From: a virus
Lineage: Duplodnaviria; Caudoviricetes
DNA: 64,000 nucleotides
Strand: one strand, 5' to 3'
IMG/VR virus record: IMGVR_UViG_2706795941_000001
Coordinates: 10,074 to 74,073 of that record
Positions 47,801 through 57,007 of this stretch are shown piece by piece. The position numbers and the translations under genes were made by a program. A model generated the notes under the pieces. It made no database searches, was not told the origin of the DNA, and saw only the letters and a list, made by a program, of their open reading frames with translations. Numbering within the stretch: position 1 is the first letter of the stretch; each line of letters begins with the position of its first letter.

Positions 47801-47920
47801 TTACCTCCCATTCTTCAGCTTATCTTCAGCATGCATTGCCCAGAGTATAGAGCCAACACAGATACCGCCAACCACAAGACCCCACGCAGCGGCAATGCAT
47901 ATGGCGATCAGTGTGTTCAA
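47801..47920 (-). CDS. Small membrane protein (39 aa)
   Basis: TTG after aggagg; LIAICIAAAWGLVVGGICVGSILW; first gene after promoter 47945. Confidence 0.6.
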   Translation of the reverse strand: MNTLIAICIAAAWGLVVGGICVGSILWAMHAEDKLKNGR

Positions 47921-47944
47921 TCTCTGCCTCCTATCGTTTCGTAC

Positions 47945-47974
47945 ATGGTACCATACGGTACGCGCGGGTGTCAA
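47945..47974 (-). promoter_or_regulatory. SigA-type promoter TTGACA-18-TACCAT
   Basis: Exact -35, TGG extended -10. Confidence 0.8.
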
Positions 47975-48729
47975 TCCGACAGCTTCGCAGCTTCGTGGTC
48001 GTACTGCTCGGAGCTGATCTTGAGGATCGACATGATCGTCTCCTTCGGAAAATTGCCGTGCATCTGCTTGATGGCGGCTAGGTCGGACTCCTTGAGTGCC
48101 TTGAACTTGCCGGTCTTCGGATCGGCAGCGGGACCAGTCGGCGGGCGCTTGGGCTTGCGAGGCTTGGTCGGCTCGCCCATGTACACCTCGCCGGCACTGA
48201 TGGCACGGCCTCTCTCGATCTGATCTGGGTTGCGGCAGCCGGGGGTCTGCTTGTAGTCGAGCTCGCCCTGGTTCATGCGGTATCGCTTGCGTGCCCACTG
48301 TGCTACAGCTTTGACGTCGGGGAAGTGAACGAGCGGGGACACCAGCCAGATGGAGTAGGCCAGGCCCTGCGCCTCGCCCTGCATCCTGATGTACCCATCG
48401 ACAAGCTTCTGTCCCTGGCCGGTGTCGTCGGGCTCGGACCACTCCTCGACGTTGGACTTGTTCTCGATCAGATACTTGGTGATCTGATCCAGCTTGGCCC
48501 ACATCGCTTCCATCGGGGGCAGTCCGTTCGGGTCGTTCAAAGGTCCCTCCTCGATCTTGTATGGGCATGTGAGACCCTGGTGTCGGGTGCGCTCGGCATA
48601 TGCACCCTCCTTGCTGCGGTGGAAGGTGCGCCAGTGGCACCCTGCAACACCGCACTCGTACGTGTACTTTTCCCGACCCTCGTTCTCGGGGAGATCGAGG
48701 GTCGGGAAAATCTCGGGCCAGCCGGACAC
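47971..48729 (-). CDS. Hypothetical protein
   Basis: GTG 48729 overlapping upstream TAG; CGVAGC..H; 252 aa. Confidence 0.65.
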   Translation of the reverse strand: MSGWPEIFPTLDLPENEGREKYTYECGVAGCHWRTFHRSKEGAYAERTRHQGLTCPYKIEEGPLNDPNGLPPMEAMWAKLDQITKYLIENKSNVEEWSEPDDTGQGQKLVDGYIRMQGEAQGLAYSIWLVSPLVHFPDVKAVAQWARKRYRMNQGELDYKQTPGCRNPDQIERGRAISAGEVYMGEPTKPRKPKRPPTGPAADPKTGKFKALKESDLAAIKQMHGNFPKETIMSILKISSEQYDHEAAKLSD

Positions 48730-49148
48730 TAGTTGTCGTCGCGGCCGAGGTAGCTGTGGTACTGATCTTCGGTCATCGCCGTGTGCTGCACCTTCCTGCC
48801 CGGCGGTTCCTTGTCGGTCTCGGGCGTGGCGTTGTCGACTTGCTTGGTCGTGGCTTCCGAGTCGGTGACCACAGCCGGTGCCATGCCGTAGTTGAAGGCG
48901 GCGTCCACTCCGGTGGGTACCTTGCTGGATACTCCACCGACGTTGCGTGCGACGTGCTGGAACAGGTTGAGGTAGCCGGTGTTGCTGCCGACCAGGAAGT
49001 TGGCGAGTGCGTCCTTGACGTCTTGCGGAATGTCGTTGGCGCTGATGCCCTCCTCCGGTTCGGTGGCTCGGCCGACCTCGATCCGCCATGTGCCGCTCAT
49101 GTACACGACGTCGGTGACCTTGGGCTGGAAGGCGGGAATGTCTGTCAT
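48729..49148 (-). CDS. Hypothetical protein
   Basis: ATG 49148 overlapping upstream stop; 139 aa. Confidence 0.6.
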   Translation of the reverse strand: MTDIPAFQPKVTDVVYMSGTWRIEVGRATEPEEGISANDIPQDVKDALANFLVGSNTGYLNLFQHVARNVGGVSSKVPTGVDAAFNYGMAPAVVTDSEATTKQVDNATPETDKEPPGRKVQHTAMTEDQYHSYLGRDDN

Positions 49149-49399
49149 CAGAAAACTCCTGGGGGTCTTGTGTTCTCGGTATCGCAGTGCCACTTGCCTG
49201 CGGCGTCGGCTTCCTGCGTGCTGCGAAGGGCCTTGGAGAACCATCCGCACTTGCAGTGTGCCATCGGGAGACGGTACTCACCCCGCCCATCACGTTCATT
49301 GAGGGGCGGGGTGAGTCCTATCTCGTACTCGTGAGCGGGACCACCGGGTGTGCCGATCGGCAACACCTCGATGATCTCGAACTCGGGCTGATCCTCCAT
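49148..49399 (-). CDS. Small Zn-binding hypothetical protein
   Basis: AHCKCGW...WH. Confidence 0.6.
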   Translation of the reverse strand: MEDQPEFEIIEVLPIGTPGGPAHEYEIGLTPPLNERDGRGEYRLPMAHCKCGWFSKALRSTQEADAAGKWHCDTENTRPPGVF

Positions 49400-49405
49400 C
49401 GAAGA

Positions 49406-49798
49406 TCAGTAGCAGCCGGTGACCGAGTAGTAGCTGCTTCGGTCCTCGGACTGGGAGACGAGTACTCCATCGAGGTAGATGGCGCAGTACACGTAGCCGC
49501 CGTCCTCGTCGGTGATCCAGGTGCTGACGTACGAGACGTCGTCACCTGCGTTGAACGTCTGCCACCCGCAGCTGCGGGTGCCGTCGCCGATGCGACCGGA
49601 CAGGCGGAAGGTTCCGTCCTCGGTGCCGCCGTAGGCATTGGTGTTCTCGATCTGCACGTCGGCTCCGCTGTCGGTGCACCAGACGTACTTGACGTCGTCG
49701 TACTCGTCGACACTGACTGCGGACGCTGTGCCTGCCGATGCGGCGAGGATGGCTGCGACGCTGGCACATGCGATGCCAGCCTTCTTGAGCATGTTCAT
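49406..49798 (-). CDS. Secreted protein with signal peptide, MmpS-like Ig domain
   Basis: MLKKAGIACASVAAILAASAGTASA signal; VYCAIYLDGVLVSQ...TGC. Confidence 0.65.
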   Translation of the reverse strand: MNMLKKAGIACASVAAILAASAGTASAVSVDEYDDVKYVWCTDSGADVQIENTNAYGGTEDGTFRLSGRIGDGTRSCGWQTFNAGDDVSYVSTWITDEDGGYVYCAIYLDGVLVSQSEDRSSYYSVTGCY

Positions 49799-49836
49799 TG
49801 AGTTCTCCTTGATCTGTGGTACCACGGTGTAGGTAG

Positions 49837-49868
49837 AAAACAGGCCCGGCCTAGTGACCGGGCCTGTT
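49837..49868 (-). terminator. Intrinsic terminator
   Basis: aacaggcccgg / ccgggcctgtt stem; TTTT follows on - strand. Confidence 0.75.
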
Positions 49869-49893
49869 CAAAGCGACTACGACTGTGACGCGG

Positions 49894-50340
49894 TCAGTCG
49901 TCGTCGCCGTCTTCGGACTCGCCGGCCTCGTCGTCGTCCTCTTCCGGCTTCGGCGGGGGGTCCGCATGGAAGTGACCGAGGGGCGAGTGGTCGAGGCTCT
50001 CGTGGAACTCGAACGCCGCCTCCGGGGTCATGGCGTCGATGTCGGCGAGTGGGTATCCGTGGCGATCCACGAGGTGACGCTTGATGTTGGTGATGGCGAT
50101 GGGGTTGAGACGCCGTGGCTTGAGCTCGGCGACGGCCTCGGGTGCGAGCGCCGGGTTGCTGATCTGTGCGGTCGGAACCATGACGCCGTTCGACTTGCCC
50201 TTGGGCTTGTAGAAGGTGAACTGTTCCGAGGTTGCCTCGATCGTGGCCTCGACCTGGACGGGCTCGGCGCCCTCCTCGGCGAGGGTGAACGAAACCTTGC
50301 GGCCGACGTACTCGTCGAGGTCTACTACTGCGGTGGTCAT
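49894..50340 (-). CDS. Hypothetical acidic protein, likely highly expressed
   Basis: Own promoter and terminator, RBS aaggagg, high GC3. Confidence 0.75.
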   Translation of the reverse strand: MTTAVVDLDEYVGRKVSFTLAEEGAEPVQVEATIEATSEQFTFYKPKGKSNGVMVPTAQISNPALAPEAVAELKPRRLNPIAITNIKRHLVDRHGYPLADIDAMTPEAAFEFHESLDHSPLGHFHADPPPKPEEDDDEAGESEDGDDD

Positions 50341-50385
50341 TGTGCCTCCTTGGGGTTGATGAGATGTTTGCGTTTGCTCCGTTGT

Positions 50386-50415
50386 ACGGTACCACACACG
50401 GCAACCCGTGTGCAA
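50386..50415 (-). promoter_or_regulatory. SigA-type promoter TTGCAC-18-TACCGT
   Basis: TGG extended -10; same architecture as the other right-arm promoters. Confidence 0.7.
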
Positions 50416-50428
50416 TACCCGTCCGCGA

Positions 50429-50509
50429 CTAACTTTTGCTATCGAGCCACATCATGAATCCAATGAGTGCTACAACAGCGAGTGCCACGATTGTGTCCTG
50501 CCAACTCAT
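50429..50509 (-). CDS. 26-aa membrane peptide (MSWQDTIVALAVVALIGFMMWLDSKS)
   Basis: ATGA overlap; single hydrophobic helix. Confidence 0.55.
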   Translation of the reverse strand: MSWQDTIVALAVVALIGFMMWLDSKS

Positions 50510-50979
50510 CGCAGAACCTCGAGCGAGTTGAGTCCGGCGAGGCTGATGTACCGCATGAGCTCCGGCCAGGTGAAGCCGGACTCGGGATGATCCTCGAGTG
50601 TCGGAGCCACGAACCACTTGGCTGCATGCTGTCCGTTGTCGTCCGACATCAGAAGCGCTGCGCCGATGGCAACCGAGGGCACGGTCATGGCCCGCTCGAC
50701 ACCCTTCGAGTCCTCGCCCTCGCGCACGAGATCGAAAGCGACAACAGCTGAGTAGAGCCGGTTGTTCTCGTACCGGAACTGCGGCTCGAGTGCGTAGATC
50801 TCCTCGACGAGTGTGGTCTGCTGCTTGAGCAGCGCCTCGTCATCGGCGTCGCCGTCGGCCTCGACCCACGACTGTAGCTCCCGAGCCAGCCGCTTGCACT
50901 TGGCCTCGAGTAGTTGAGCTCTGGACAGAAACCCGAACCCCCCGGTGTTACGACGCTTCCGAGTTTTCTTTGTACTCAC
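50506..50979 (-). CDS. Hypothetical protein
   Basis: 157 aa, coding-like bias. Confidence 0.65.
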   Translation of the reverse strand: MSTKKTRKRRNTGGFGFLSRAQLLEAKCKRLARELQSWVEADGDADDEALLKQQTTLVEEIYALEPQFRYENNRLYSAVVAFDLVREGEDSKGVERAMTVPSVAIGAALLMSDDNGQHAAKWFVAPTLEDHPESGFTWPELMRYISLAGLNSLEVLR

Positions 50980-51109
50980 TCGCCCTCGCTTCTCTTGATA
51001 GGTGGTACCATCTGACGGGCACCCTGGTGTTGTTGTCTGGCCTGGTGCAGGGCTGATCGCGCGGCGCGAAGCATGCCGGGCAGCTAACCTTGCTGGTGTG
51101 TACTGCCAT
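50948..51109 (-). CDS. Zn-finger small protein
   Basis: CPACFAPRDQPC...H..R; RBS ggagg. Confidence 0.6.
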   Translation of the reverse strand: MAVHTSKVSCPACFAPRDQPCTRPDNNTRVPVRWYHLSREARASEYKENSEAS

Positions 51110-51620
51110 CGCTCTCCTCCATTCGTCTGGTCTGGTTGCGATACTCGGGTGGCGGAAGCAGGCGCTCGTCGTTGGGATCAACACGCCTGGGCCAGGGCTT
51201 GATACCAGGCCCAGTGATCGGTCCACTGATGGGGTAGCTGCCCACCATGACTTCTTTCTTCTTGCGCCTGGCAATGATACGCCTGCCGCGCTTGTTCTTT
51301 CCCTGCTCGGTGTTCATTCGCCTGAGCCACTGACTCGGGGTCTCGTCATACCAGCGACCGATCTCCTTCGGCCCCACCCAGATGGTGTGCTCTGGTAAGC
51401 GATGGCCTCGCCGCAGGTTGCACAGCATATGGGTTGGCCTCAGGTTGTCCTTGCTGTCGGTGCCTCCGAGAAACCTTGGTATGTAGTGGTCAGCGTTGAA
51501 GTACCAATACCCACCCTTGAGTGTGTAGTCAATCTCCTCTCCGCATATCCAGCATGGCGGCCGGAGGATACGACACTCTCGCTTGAAGCTGAGTATCGCT
51601 CCCCGATTAGCCGAACCCAC
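51084..51620 (-). CDS. HNH endonuclease
   Basis: CWICG..ADHYIPRFLGGTDSKDNLRPTHMLCNLRRG. Confidence 0.88.
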   Translation of the reverse strand: MGSANRGAILSFKRECRILRPPCWICGEEIDYTLKGGYWYFNADHYIPRFLGGTDSKDNLRPTHMLCNLRRGHRLPEHTIWVGPKEIGRWYDETPSQWLRRMNTEQGKNKRGRRIIARRKKKEVMVGSYPISGPITGPGIKPWPRRVDPNDERLLPPPEYRNQTRRMEESDGSTHQQG

Positions 51621-51894
51621 CGGACTCCATCACCTTCAGGCGAACCTTGCCACGCTGCGCCCGGTCGAGCCCGCCCTTGATGTGGTATCCCTTGGGGTAG
51701 GTGTACGTGCGGTTCTTGATGTAGCCGGTCCGACGCTCGATCAACGCACGCCGACGCAGGCCACACCGCAGGCACCCGAGTGTTTCCCAGTAGCCCTCGG
51801 TGTTGAAGATGATGTCACCCACCGCATCCCAGGCGTGGCCGTAGATGCGGCAGCGTGCGTGGTCATCGTCGAGGTCGACCTTGCCTATCTTCAT
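51607..51894 (-). CDS. Zn-finger hypothetical protein
   Basis: CRIYGHAW...CLRC...YTYPKGY. Confidence 0.65.
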   Translation of the reverse strand: MKIGKVDLDDDHARCRIYGHAWDAVGDIIFNTEGYWETLGCLRCGLRRRALIERRTGYIKNRTYTYPKGYHIKGGLDRAQRGKVRLKVMESGGFG

Positions 51895-52142
51895 GTGTTC
51901 ACCTCCCCGTTGTCGTACTTTACTTCTGCATTCCAGAAGCCATGCCCCAGCCCGTCATTGTATGCATCCCAGGCGTCAACTGACTGTCCGCCACGGTGGT
52001 GAACTCTTCCTGCATTCCATGCGTAGTCCGAGATGTCTTCAAGTTTTTGAAACTTCTCGTCATTGCAGTATCCGCACCCTCCCTCGAGGCAGGTGGCGTC
52101 AGGGTTGGGCCAGCAGATGCGGCGTGCAATTATCTTCGCCAT
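51891..52142 (-). CDS. Cys-rich hypothetical protein
   Basis: ICWP..CLEGGCGYC; RBS aaggag. Confidence 0.6.
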   Translation of the reverse strand: MAKIIARRICWPNPDATCLEGGCGYCNDEKFQKLEDISDYAWNAGRVHHRGGQSVDAWDAYNDGLGHGFWNAEVKYDNGEVNT

Positions 52143-52152
52143 GATGTTCTCC

Positions 52153-52506
52153 TTACAAATAGAAGTCGTCGTCCCACACAACAGGTGTGAGTTCTTTCCA
52201 GCCCGCCTCGATGGCCTTGACCTTTCCGCTGGTGTAGTACACTCGTTCAAGTGTGCCCGCTTCGAGTCGCTTGATGTACTCGATCGAGCCGATGTGATTG
52301 AACAGTTCGTTCTGCCAATCGCAGCGCTCGAGAAGTTCCTTCTGTTCCTTCTTGTTCTCGATTCGCTTCGCTGCATCGGCCACCTTTTTCTCCCATCGTT
52401 CATGGCGGTGAAGATGGTCCCAGATAGTTGTAGCGCATGCTGTAGCTCCGGTTGTCGCAACGAGTATGATCAACAACTGAATCCAGAACTCGGCATCCAT
52501 TGTCAC
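52153..52506 (-). CDS. Membrane-anchored protein
   Basis: N-terminal TM FWIQLLIILVATTGATACA. Confidence 0.65.
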   Translation of the reverse strand: MTMDAEFWIQLLIILVATTGATACATTIWDHLHRHERWEKKVADAAKRIENKKEQKELLERCDWQNELFNHIGSIEYIKRLEAGTLERVYYTSGKVKAIEAGWKELTPVVWDDDFYL

Positions 52507-52509
52507 ATG

Positions 52510-54531
52510 CTACCTCAATCGCTTGCCCAGGTGCTCAACCACTGTGCGGTAGTCCGACGGGCTATCCACACGAACCGTCTCGAGTCCGTGCTTGGTCGGC
52601 GAGTCGGTGCCCGCGCCCACACCGAGCACCGTGTAGCGCTGGCGCTTGCACAACTCCAACTCGTCCTTGAGAATGTCGAGCTCTTCGTTGTAGTTGGAAG
52701 CGGGCATGGCTCCGTCGGTGTAGTACATGATGATCTTCTCGGTGGCCTTGGCCTTGTCCGCACGTCTCCGGTAGAACCGGAGCGAGTGGCCGTCCAGGTT
52801 GCCCGACACTGCCGTCGCCCGGCGCAGTCGATCCTTCTGTGCGGTGGACCACGGCTCGTCGGCGGCCTTGATCTCGTAGAACGCAGCACCCATGCGTGCC
52901 TCGCTCCAGTACTCGTTGTCGCCGTCGAGGTCGTAGGTGGTGTGACCCCAGATCTCGAACGAGACATTGACACGAGAACACACGTCAGCCATGCCAAGCA
53001 CGGCCATCTTGATGTTCTCGTACGTGCGACCTGCGGTCGAACCACTCGAGTCCATGCCGATCACGACGTGGTAGCTGCGTGCATCAGGTCGTACACGTGT
53101 GGCGAAGATGCGATCGTCACCGAAGGGCACACGCTTGGCGAGTGACTTGCCATGCACCCGACCCGACCTCTGGTTGCGATGCCTCTCCACCCGTGCATTG
53201 AACCCGAAGGCGATGCGTGCCTGGTTCACTGACGCACCGACGATTGACTCGGGCACCTTGAAACGATCGGGCCGAGTGACGTAGCCGTTGTAGTATCCCA
53301 AGCCTGACCACATCTCGTCCTTGATGTCACCTTCTCGGATGATCAGCGGCTGCGCCACGTTGATCGGCACGCTACCCAGCAGGGCCAGCGACTCGATGAC
53401 CTTGGTCAGTTCTTCCTCGGTCTTGGCATCGGCGGGTGCGGCCTTGCCGTGGTGGTTACCACCTGCACCCCAGTCATTTTCGTCCTCGTCTTCGTCTTCG
53501 TCCTGGTCACCGCCTGCCGGTGCCTCGTCCTCGCCTGCACTGCCTGGTGCTACGCCTGTCTGATGCTGCGGCGTATCGTTCGCTCCACCCGCACCATGCC
53601 CGATGAACTGGGCGAGGAACTTCATGAGCTCCTTGAGCAGCTCGTCGAGCTCGTTGTCGTCAGCGTCGGCGTCAAATAGGCACAGCTCGTTCTCGTTGGC
53701 GAACTCCAGTGCCATAGCTGCACCGATCATGGTGTCGTAGACATCCCGAGCGTTGAGGAACTTGTCGAGGATCATCTCACCCTTGGGCGAGTCCACTAGC
53801 TCAACCACCTCGGGGTCGAAGTGGTATTCGTACTCAACCCCGGTGGCCTTAACTAGAAAGATCAAGGAGATTTGCTTGTTCTTGTCGAGGTCCGAGTACA
53901 ACGTGAGCCCACCGTCGTCACCCTCGATACCCTCGTTGATGATGCGGTCACCCCTGGCACGGAACTCGTCCTCCATCTCAGGGAACTCATCGAACATCTT
54001 CTTGTTGCATCGGATGTCCTCGCCCATCAGCGTGAACGCCTGCAGCCAGGGATGGCGTGCGAGCGCCACGAACTTGAGGCTCGTGTCGTGCGTGCCGATC
54101 TCACTAACGCCCTCATGCAAGCGCAGGTAGAACTCCCACCTGAGGAAGGTGCGCATGGCACTCACTGTGTTGGTGGTGCGCTGCGTCTCCAGCTTCTCGA
54201 ACGAGCCCATCATGCAGTGCCCGATCTCATGCTGCAGTGTCGCCATGATAAACTGCCGATCCGCACACGAGGGGCACAGGCTGGTACCCAGTGCGTCATA
54301 GACTCGGCACAGCGTGGGGCGATGGCGCTTAGTGTAGGCCAGCGACATCGGAGGTCGCAGCCAGATCGTGTCCCCGTCGGTCTGCGACTGTGACCCGACC
54401 GCCAGCTTGAGCTTCTTGTTGCCGGTCATGTCACGTGCGTAGACCTGCAACTGCGGCAGCATGCTACGCAGGTTGCCGATCGCCCGGTCGTAGCGGCTGT
54501 ACTTGGCGGGGACGAACGATGTCCTGGGCAC
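52510..54531 (-). CDS. VWA (MIDAS) protein with N-terminal HExxH domain, CobT-like
   Basis: HEIGH, acidic linker, MDSSGST MIDAS, YYTDGAMP; GTG 54531 after aaggagg. Confidence 0.85.
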   Translation of the reverse strand: MPRTSFVPAKYSRYDRAIGNLRSMLPQLQVYARDMTGNKKLKLAVGSQSQTDGDTIWLRPPMSLAYTKRHRPTLCRVYDALGTSLCPSCADRQFIMATLQHEIGHCMMGSFEKLETQRTTNTVSAMRTFLRWEFYLRLHEGVSEIGTHDTSLKFVALARHPWLQAFTLMGEDIRCNKKMFDEFPEMEDEFRARGDRIINEGIEGDDGGLTLYSDLDKNKQISLIFLVKATGVEYEYHFDPEVVELVDSPKGEMILDKFLNARDVYDTMIGAAMALEFANENELCLFDADADDNELDELLKELMKFLAQFIGHGAGGANDTPQHQTGVAPGSAGEDEAPAGGDQDEDEDEDENDWGAGGNHHGKAAPADAKTEEELTKVIESLALLGSVPINVAQPLIIREGDIKDEMWSGLGYYNGYVTRPDRFKVPESIVGASVNQARIAFGFNARVERHRNQRSGRVHGKSLAKRVPFGDDRIFATRVRPDARSYHVVIGMDSSGSTAGRTYENIKMAVLGMADVCSRVNVSFEIWGHTTYDLDGDNEYWSEARMGAAFYEIKAADEPWSTAQKDRLRRATAVSGNLDGHSLRFYRRRADKAKATEKIIMYYTDGAMPASNYNEELDILKDELELCKRQRYTVLGVGAGTDSPTKHGLETVRVDSPSDYRTVVEHLGKRLR

Positions 54532-54606
54532 TAGACCTCCTTGTGTTCGACGAACTCTCGACAGTTGCAATAGTAGTGGGAGCAGTAATGCTCGACGCCT
54601 TCGTCC

Positions 54607-54780
54607 TCACTCACGACGATGCCGCCCCTCGTAGTTGGGCCTGCACCCGGTGAGTACCGCTCGATACAGCAGCCTCGATGCGGCGACATGCTTGCCGTTG
54701 GCGTGGTCGCTGGAGTTGCCTGTGCACTTCTTGCGGGCCAGCATGATCCGAACTTGAATGTTCTCCTGTGTGTCTCTCAT
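54607..54780 (-). CDS. Hypothetical 57-aa protein between ATPase and VWA genes
   Basis: ATG coupled to ATPase stop (TGATG); MRDTQENIQVRIML... Confidence 0.45.
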   Translation of the reverse strand: MRDTQENIQVRIMLARKKCTGNSSDHANGKHVAASRLLYRAVLTGCRPNYEGRHRRE

Positions 54781-56327
54781 CAGCGCTCCTTCATCTTCTG
54801 ATCCACGATGTCGAGGATCGTTGCCTTCTGCTGGGGCTCGAGGTAGTCAGCCACCGCCAACTGGTAGGCGCGTGGCATCTCGAACCACTTGGTGGCACGT
54901 GCCACCTTGATCTGCGGGCGGATGCCCCATGTGACTGCGAGCGTCTGATCCTCGGACATGGACCGCAGCGCCTCGGCGATCTTCATGATCTTGTTCAGCG
55001 TGTTCTCGCTGATGTCGTAGTCGTCGAGCTTGCACCGTGCCCGGATGATCTCACGCTCGAGCTCGGGCTCGGGCAGCGTGACGAACAGGTGCATGAGGCG
55101 TGAGCCGTCGGCGTCACCGAGTACTGCGGCACCCACGTTGCGAGGATCCCAGGCAGGGTTCATCGCCATGCCGAGGAAGGCGAACGAGTTCCGCTGAATG
55201 ATCTCGCCCTTGTTCGCACCGATGGCAAGCTGCTTGCTGTTGTCGGTGAGCGGGCGGATGAACTGCCACACTGCGGACGGTCCGACGTTGGGCTCGTCCA
55301 GGAGGATGACACCGGGCTTGTTCCAGCGGCTTGATACCTGGCCATACTGGAACACGGTCTCGTTGTTCTCGAACAGCAGCTTGCCCTCGAGATCGTCACG
55401 CTCGCTGTCCTCGGTGATCGAGATGCGAGTGAACGGGAGCTGCATCAGCCACGCCATGTGCCTGAACAACTCCGTCTTGCCCGTGCCCGCTTCACCGTGC
55501 AGTGCGGGGGTCTCGTCGAGCTCCATCCACAAGCAGGCGATGACGTAGACCAGGCCCATGTGGTCGACGTATTTCTCGGGGTGCTCGTCCGACCCAGTAA
55601 CCGGGATGAGCGCTCGCTCTTCCGGGGTGAAATGCTCTGGATCGAAGATGGGTAGGTAGACCGGCGCGCGCGGTCCGTCGATGCGCCGCCACGCCCGGAT
55701 GCCAATGGCCGATTGCTGCGGGGTGACGTCCCGATCGCTCGAATATTGGGCCGGATCGGTGTCGGTGTCTACCCCACCGTATCCCGATGAAGCAACGGCG
55801 GTGTTCAGTTCGATGAACTTGCCGAGCAACGGGTCGAGGTTGAACGTACTCATCAATGACTCGATGTGCTGACCTGTGTTCGTGGCGTTGATCCGGGTAG
55901 CAGCGGTGCACTTCTTCGCAACCGCACTGGCACGTGGCTCGGGCACGAGGTTACCGAACTTGGTGCACAGTGGCATGTTCATCCCGACCAACTCGATCGA
56001 CTTGGATGCGGGTGCGAGGTAGTGGCACGACCGGCACGAGTTGCATGCCGAGTGTGACTTCGGCGCCTCGGGTGCGCCGAACCCGATCTTGAGTGTGACC
56101 TTGCCATTGGACTTGGCGTACGGCTTGCCGTAGTCAGGGCAGGTGGTGGCGTGCTCTGCGTATGACTGCTCGCACGCTGCCGCCCTCATCCCCGGGGTGG
56201 ACAGCACCTTGCCTAGGCGGGCGCACGATGCTGCGCCGGTGACCTTGCCATACAGGTGGGACTGTACGGAGTGGTCACCCTCGCCGACGAACGACGGACA
56301 GTTGATACAGGTTGGGTTGGTGTTCAT
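54780..56327 (-). CDS. MoxR/CobS-like AAA+ ATPase with Cys-rich N-terminal region
   Basis: GEAGTGKT, ILLDEPN, AMNP..G.AVLGDADGSR; RBS gggagg. Confidence 0.88.
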   Translation of the reverse strand: MNTNPTCINCPSFVGEGDHSVQSHLYGKVTGAASCARLGKVLSTPGMRAAACEQSYAEHATTCPDYGKPYAKSNGKVTLKIGFGAPEAPKSHSACNSCRSCHYLAPASKSIELVGMNMPLCTKFGNLVPEPRASAVAKKCTAATRINATNTGQHIESLMSTFNLDPLLGKFIELNTAVASSGYGGVDTDTDPAQYSSDRDVTPQQSAIGIRAWRRIDGPRAPVYLPIFDPEHFTPEERALIPVTGSDEHPEKYVDHMGLVYVIACLWMELDETPALHGEAGTGKTELFRHMAWLMQLPFTRISITEDSERDDLEGKLLFENNETVFQYGQVSSRWNKPGVILLDEPNVGPSAVWQFIRPLTDNSKQLAIGANKGEIIQRNSFAFLGMAMNPAWDPRNVGAAVLGDADGSRLMHLFVTLPEPELEREIIRARCKLDDYDISENTLNKIMKIAEALRSMSEDQTLAVTWGIRPQIKVARATKWFEMPRAYQLAVADYLEPQQKATILDIVDQKMKER

Positions 56328-56364
56328 GCCTCCCTCTCGGTGATTCATTGGCTTGGTTCAGCAT

Positions 56365-56396
56365 ACATGGTACCACGGCGTGTGGTACCATGTCAA
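56365..56396 (-). promoter_or_regulatory. SigA-type promoter TTGACA-18-TACCAT spanned by a 12-bp inverted repeat
   Basis: acatggtaccac-ggcgt-gtggtaccatgt. Confidence 0.8.
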
Positions 56397-57007
56397 ACTA
56401 CGAAAGCGGGCGGGCGACCGTCGGCCTGTAGCTCCGCGAAGTGCTTGTCACACAGCGGGCCAGGTCGATACTCGCCTAGCCTGTACATCTTGTTTGCCAT
56501 GGGCAGGCCGGCCAGGTTGATGGCGCTTCCGATCGGGGTGATCTCGGCTGCCGTGCGTACGCACTGGACGCAGACACGGGCGCTGTGCTGGATCATCCAC
56601 CCGTGCATCTTCTCGGCAGCGAACAGCGGGTTCGGGATCAGCTCGTATCCGTTGTTGAGCTTACGCAGGATGCGGGCGACTCGATCGACGGCGACGTAGA
56701 AGTCCATCCCGAACATCTCGTCTTGGAACAGGACAGTGACCGGCACGACAGGCTGTTCGTACTTGTTGTCCGGGTCGGTGTTGTAGATGGCGGCGCACAG
56801 GTTTGTGTTGTTCTCGTCCCATGCGATGTGGTCTGAGAAGATTCTCGACAGCCACTTGTAATGGCTGCGCGTGTAGTTGGCCTCGACCTGTGACCACGTC
56901 GGGTCTTCGGTCATGCCTTCGAGGCGTAGCTCCAGGCGGGCGGGTAGTTCCCACTCACCTGATGCTGCGGGGTCGAACACTTCTGCGGCGACGATCTTGA
57001 TACTCAT
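56393..57007 (-). CDS. Hypothetical protein with C-terminal Zn finger
   Basis: CVQC...LCDKH. Confidence 0.65.
   Translation of the reverse strand: MSIKIVAAEVFDPAASGEWELPARLELRLEGMTEDPTWSQVEANYTRSHYKWLSRIFSDHIAWDENNTNLCAAIYNTDPDNKYEQPVVPVTVLFQDEMFGMDFYVAVDRVARILRKLNNGYELIPNPLFAAEKMHGWMIQHSARVCVQCVRTAAEITPIGSAINLAGLPMANKMYRLGEYRPGPLCDKHFAELQADGRPPAFVV

Noticed and set aside
47801-49299. 284-aa and 442-aa ORFs as listed in the track
   Set aside because: Both are long upstream extensions; coupled starts at 47920, 48729 and 49148 explain the region better
52510-56327. Cobalamin biosynthesis (CobS/CobT)
   Set aside because: No CobN or other cob genes; family-level similarity only
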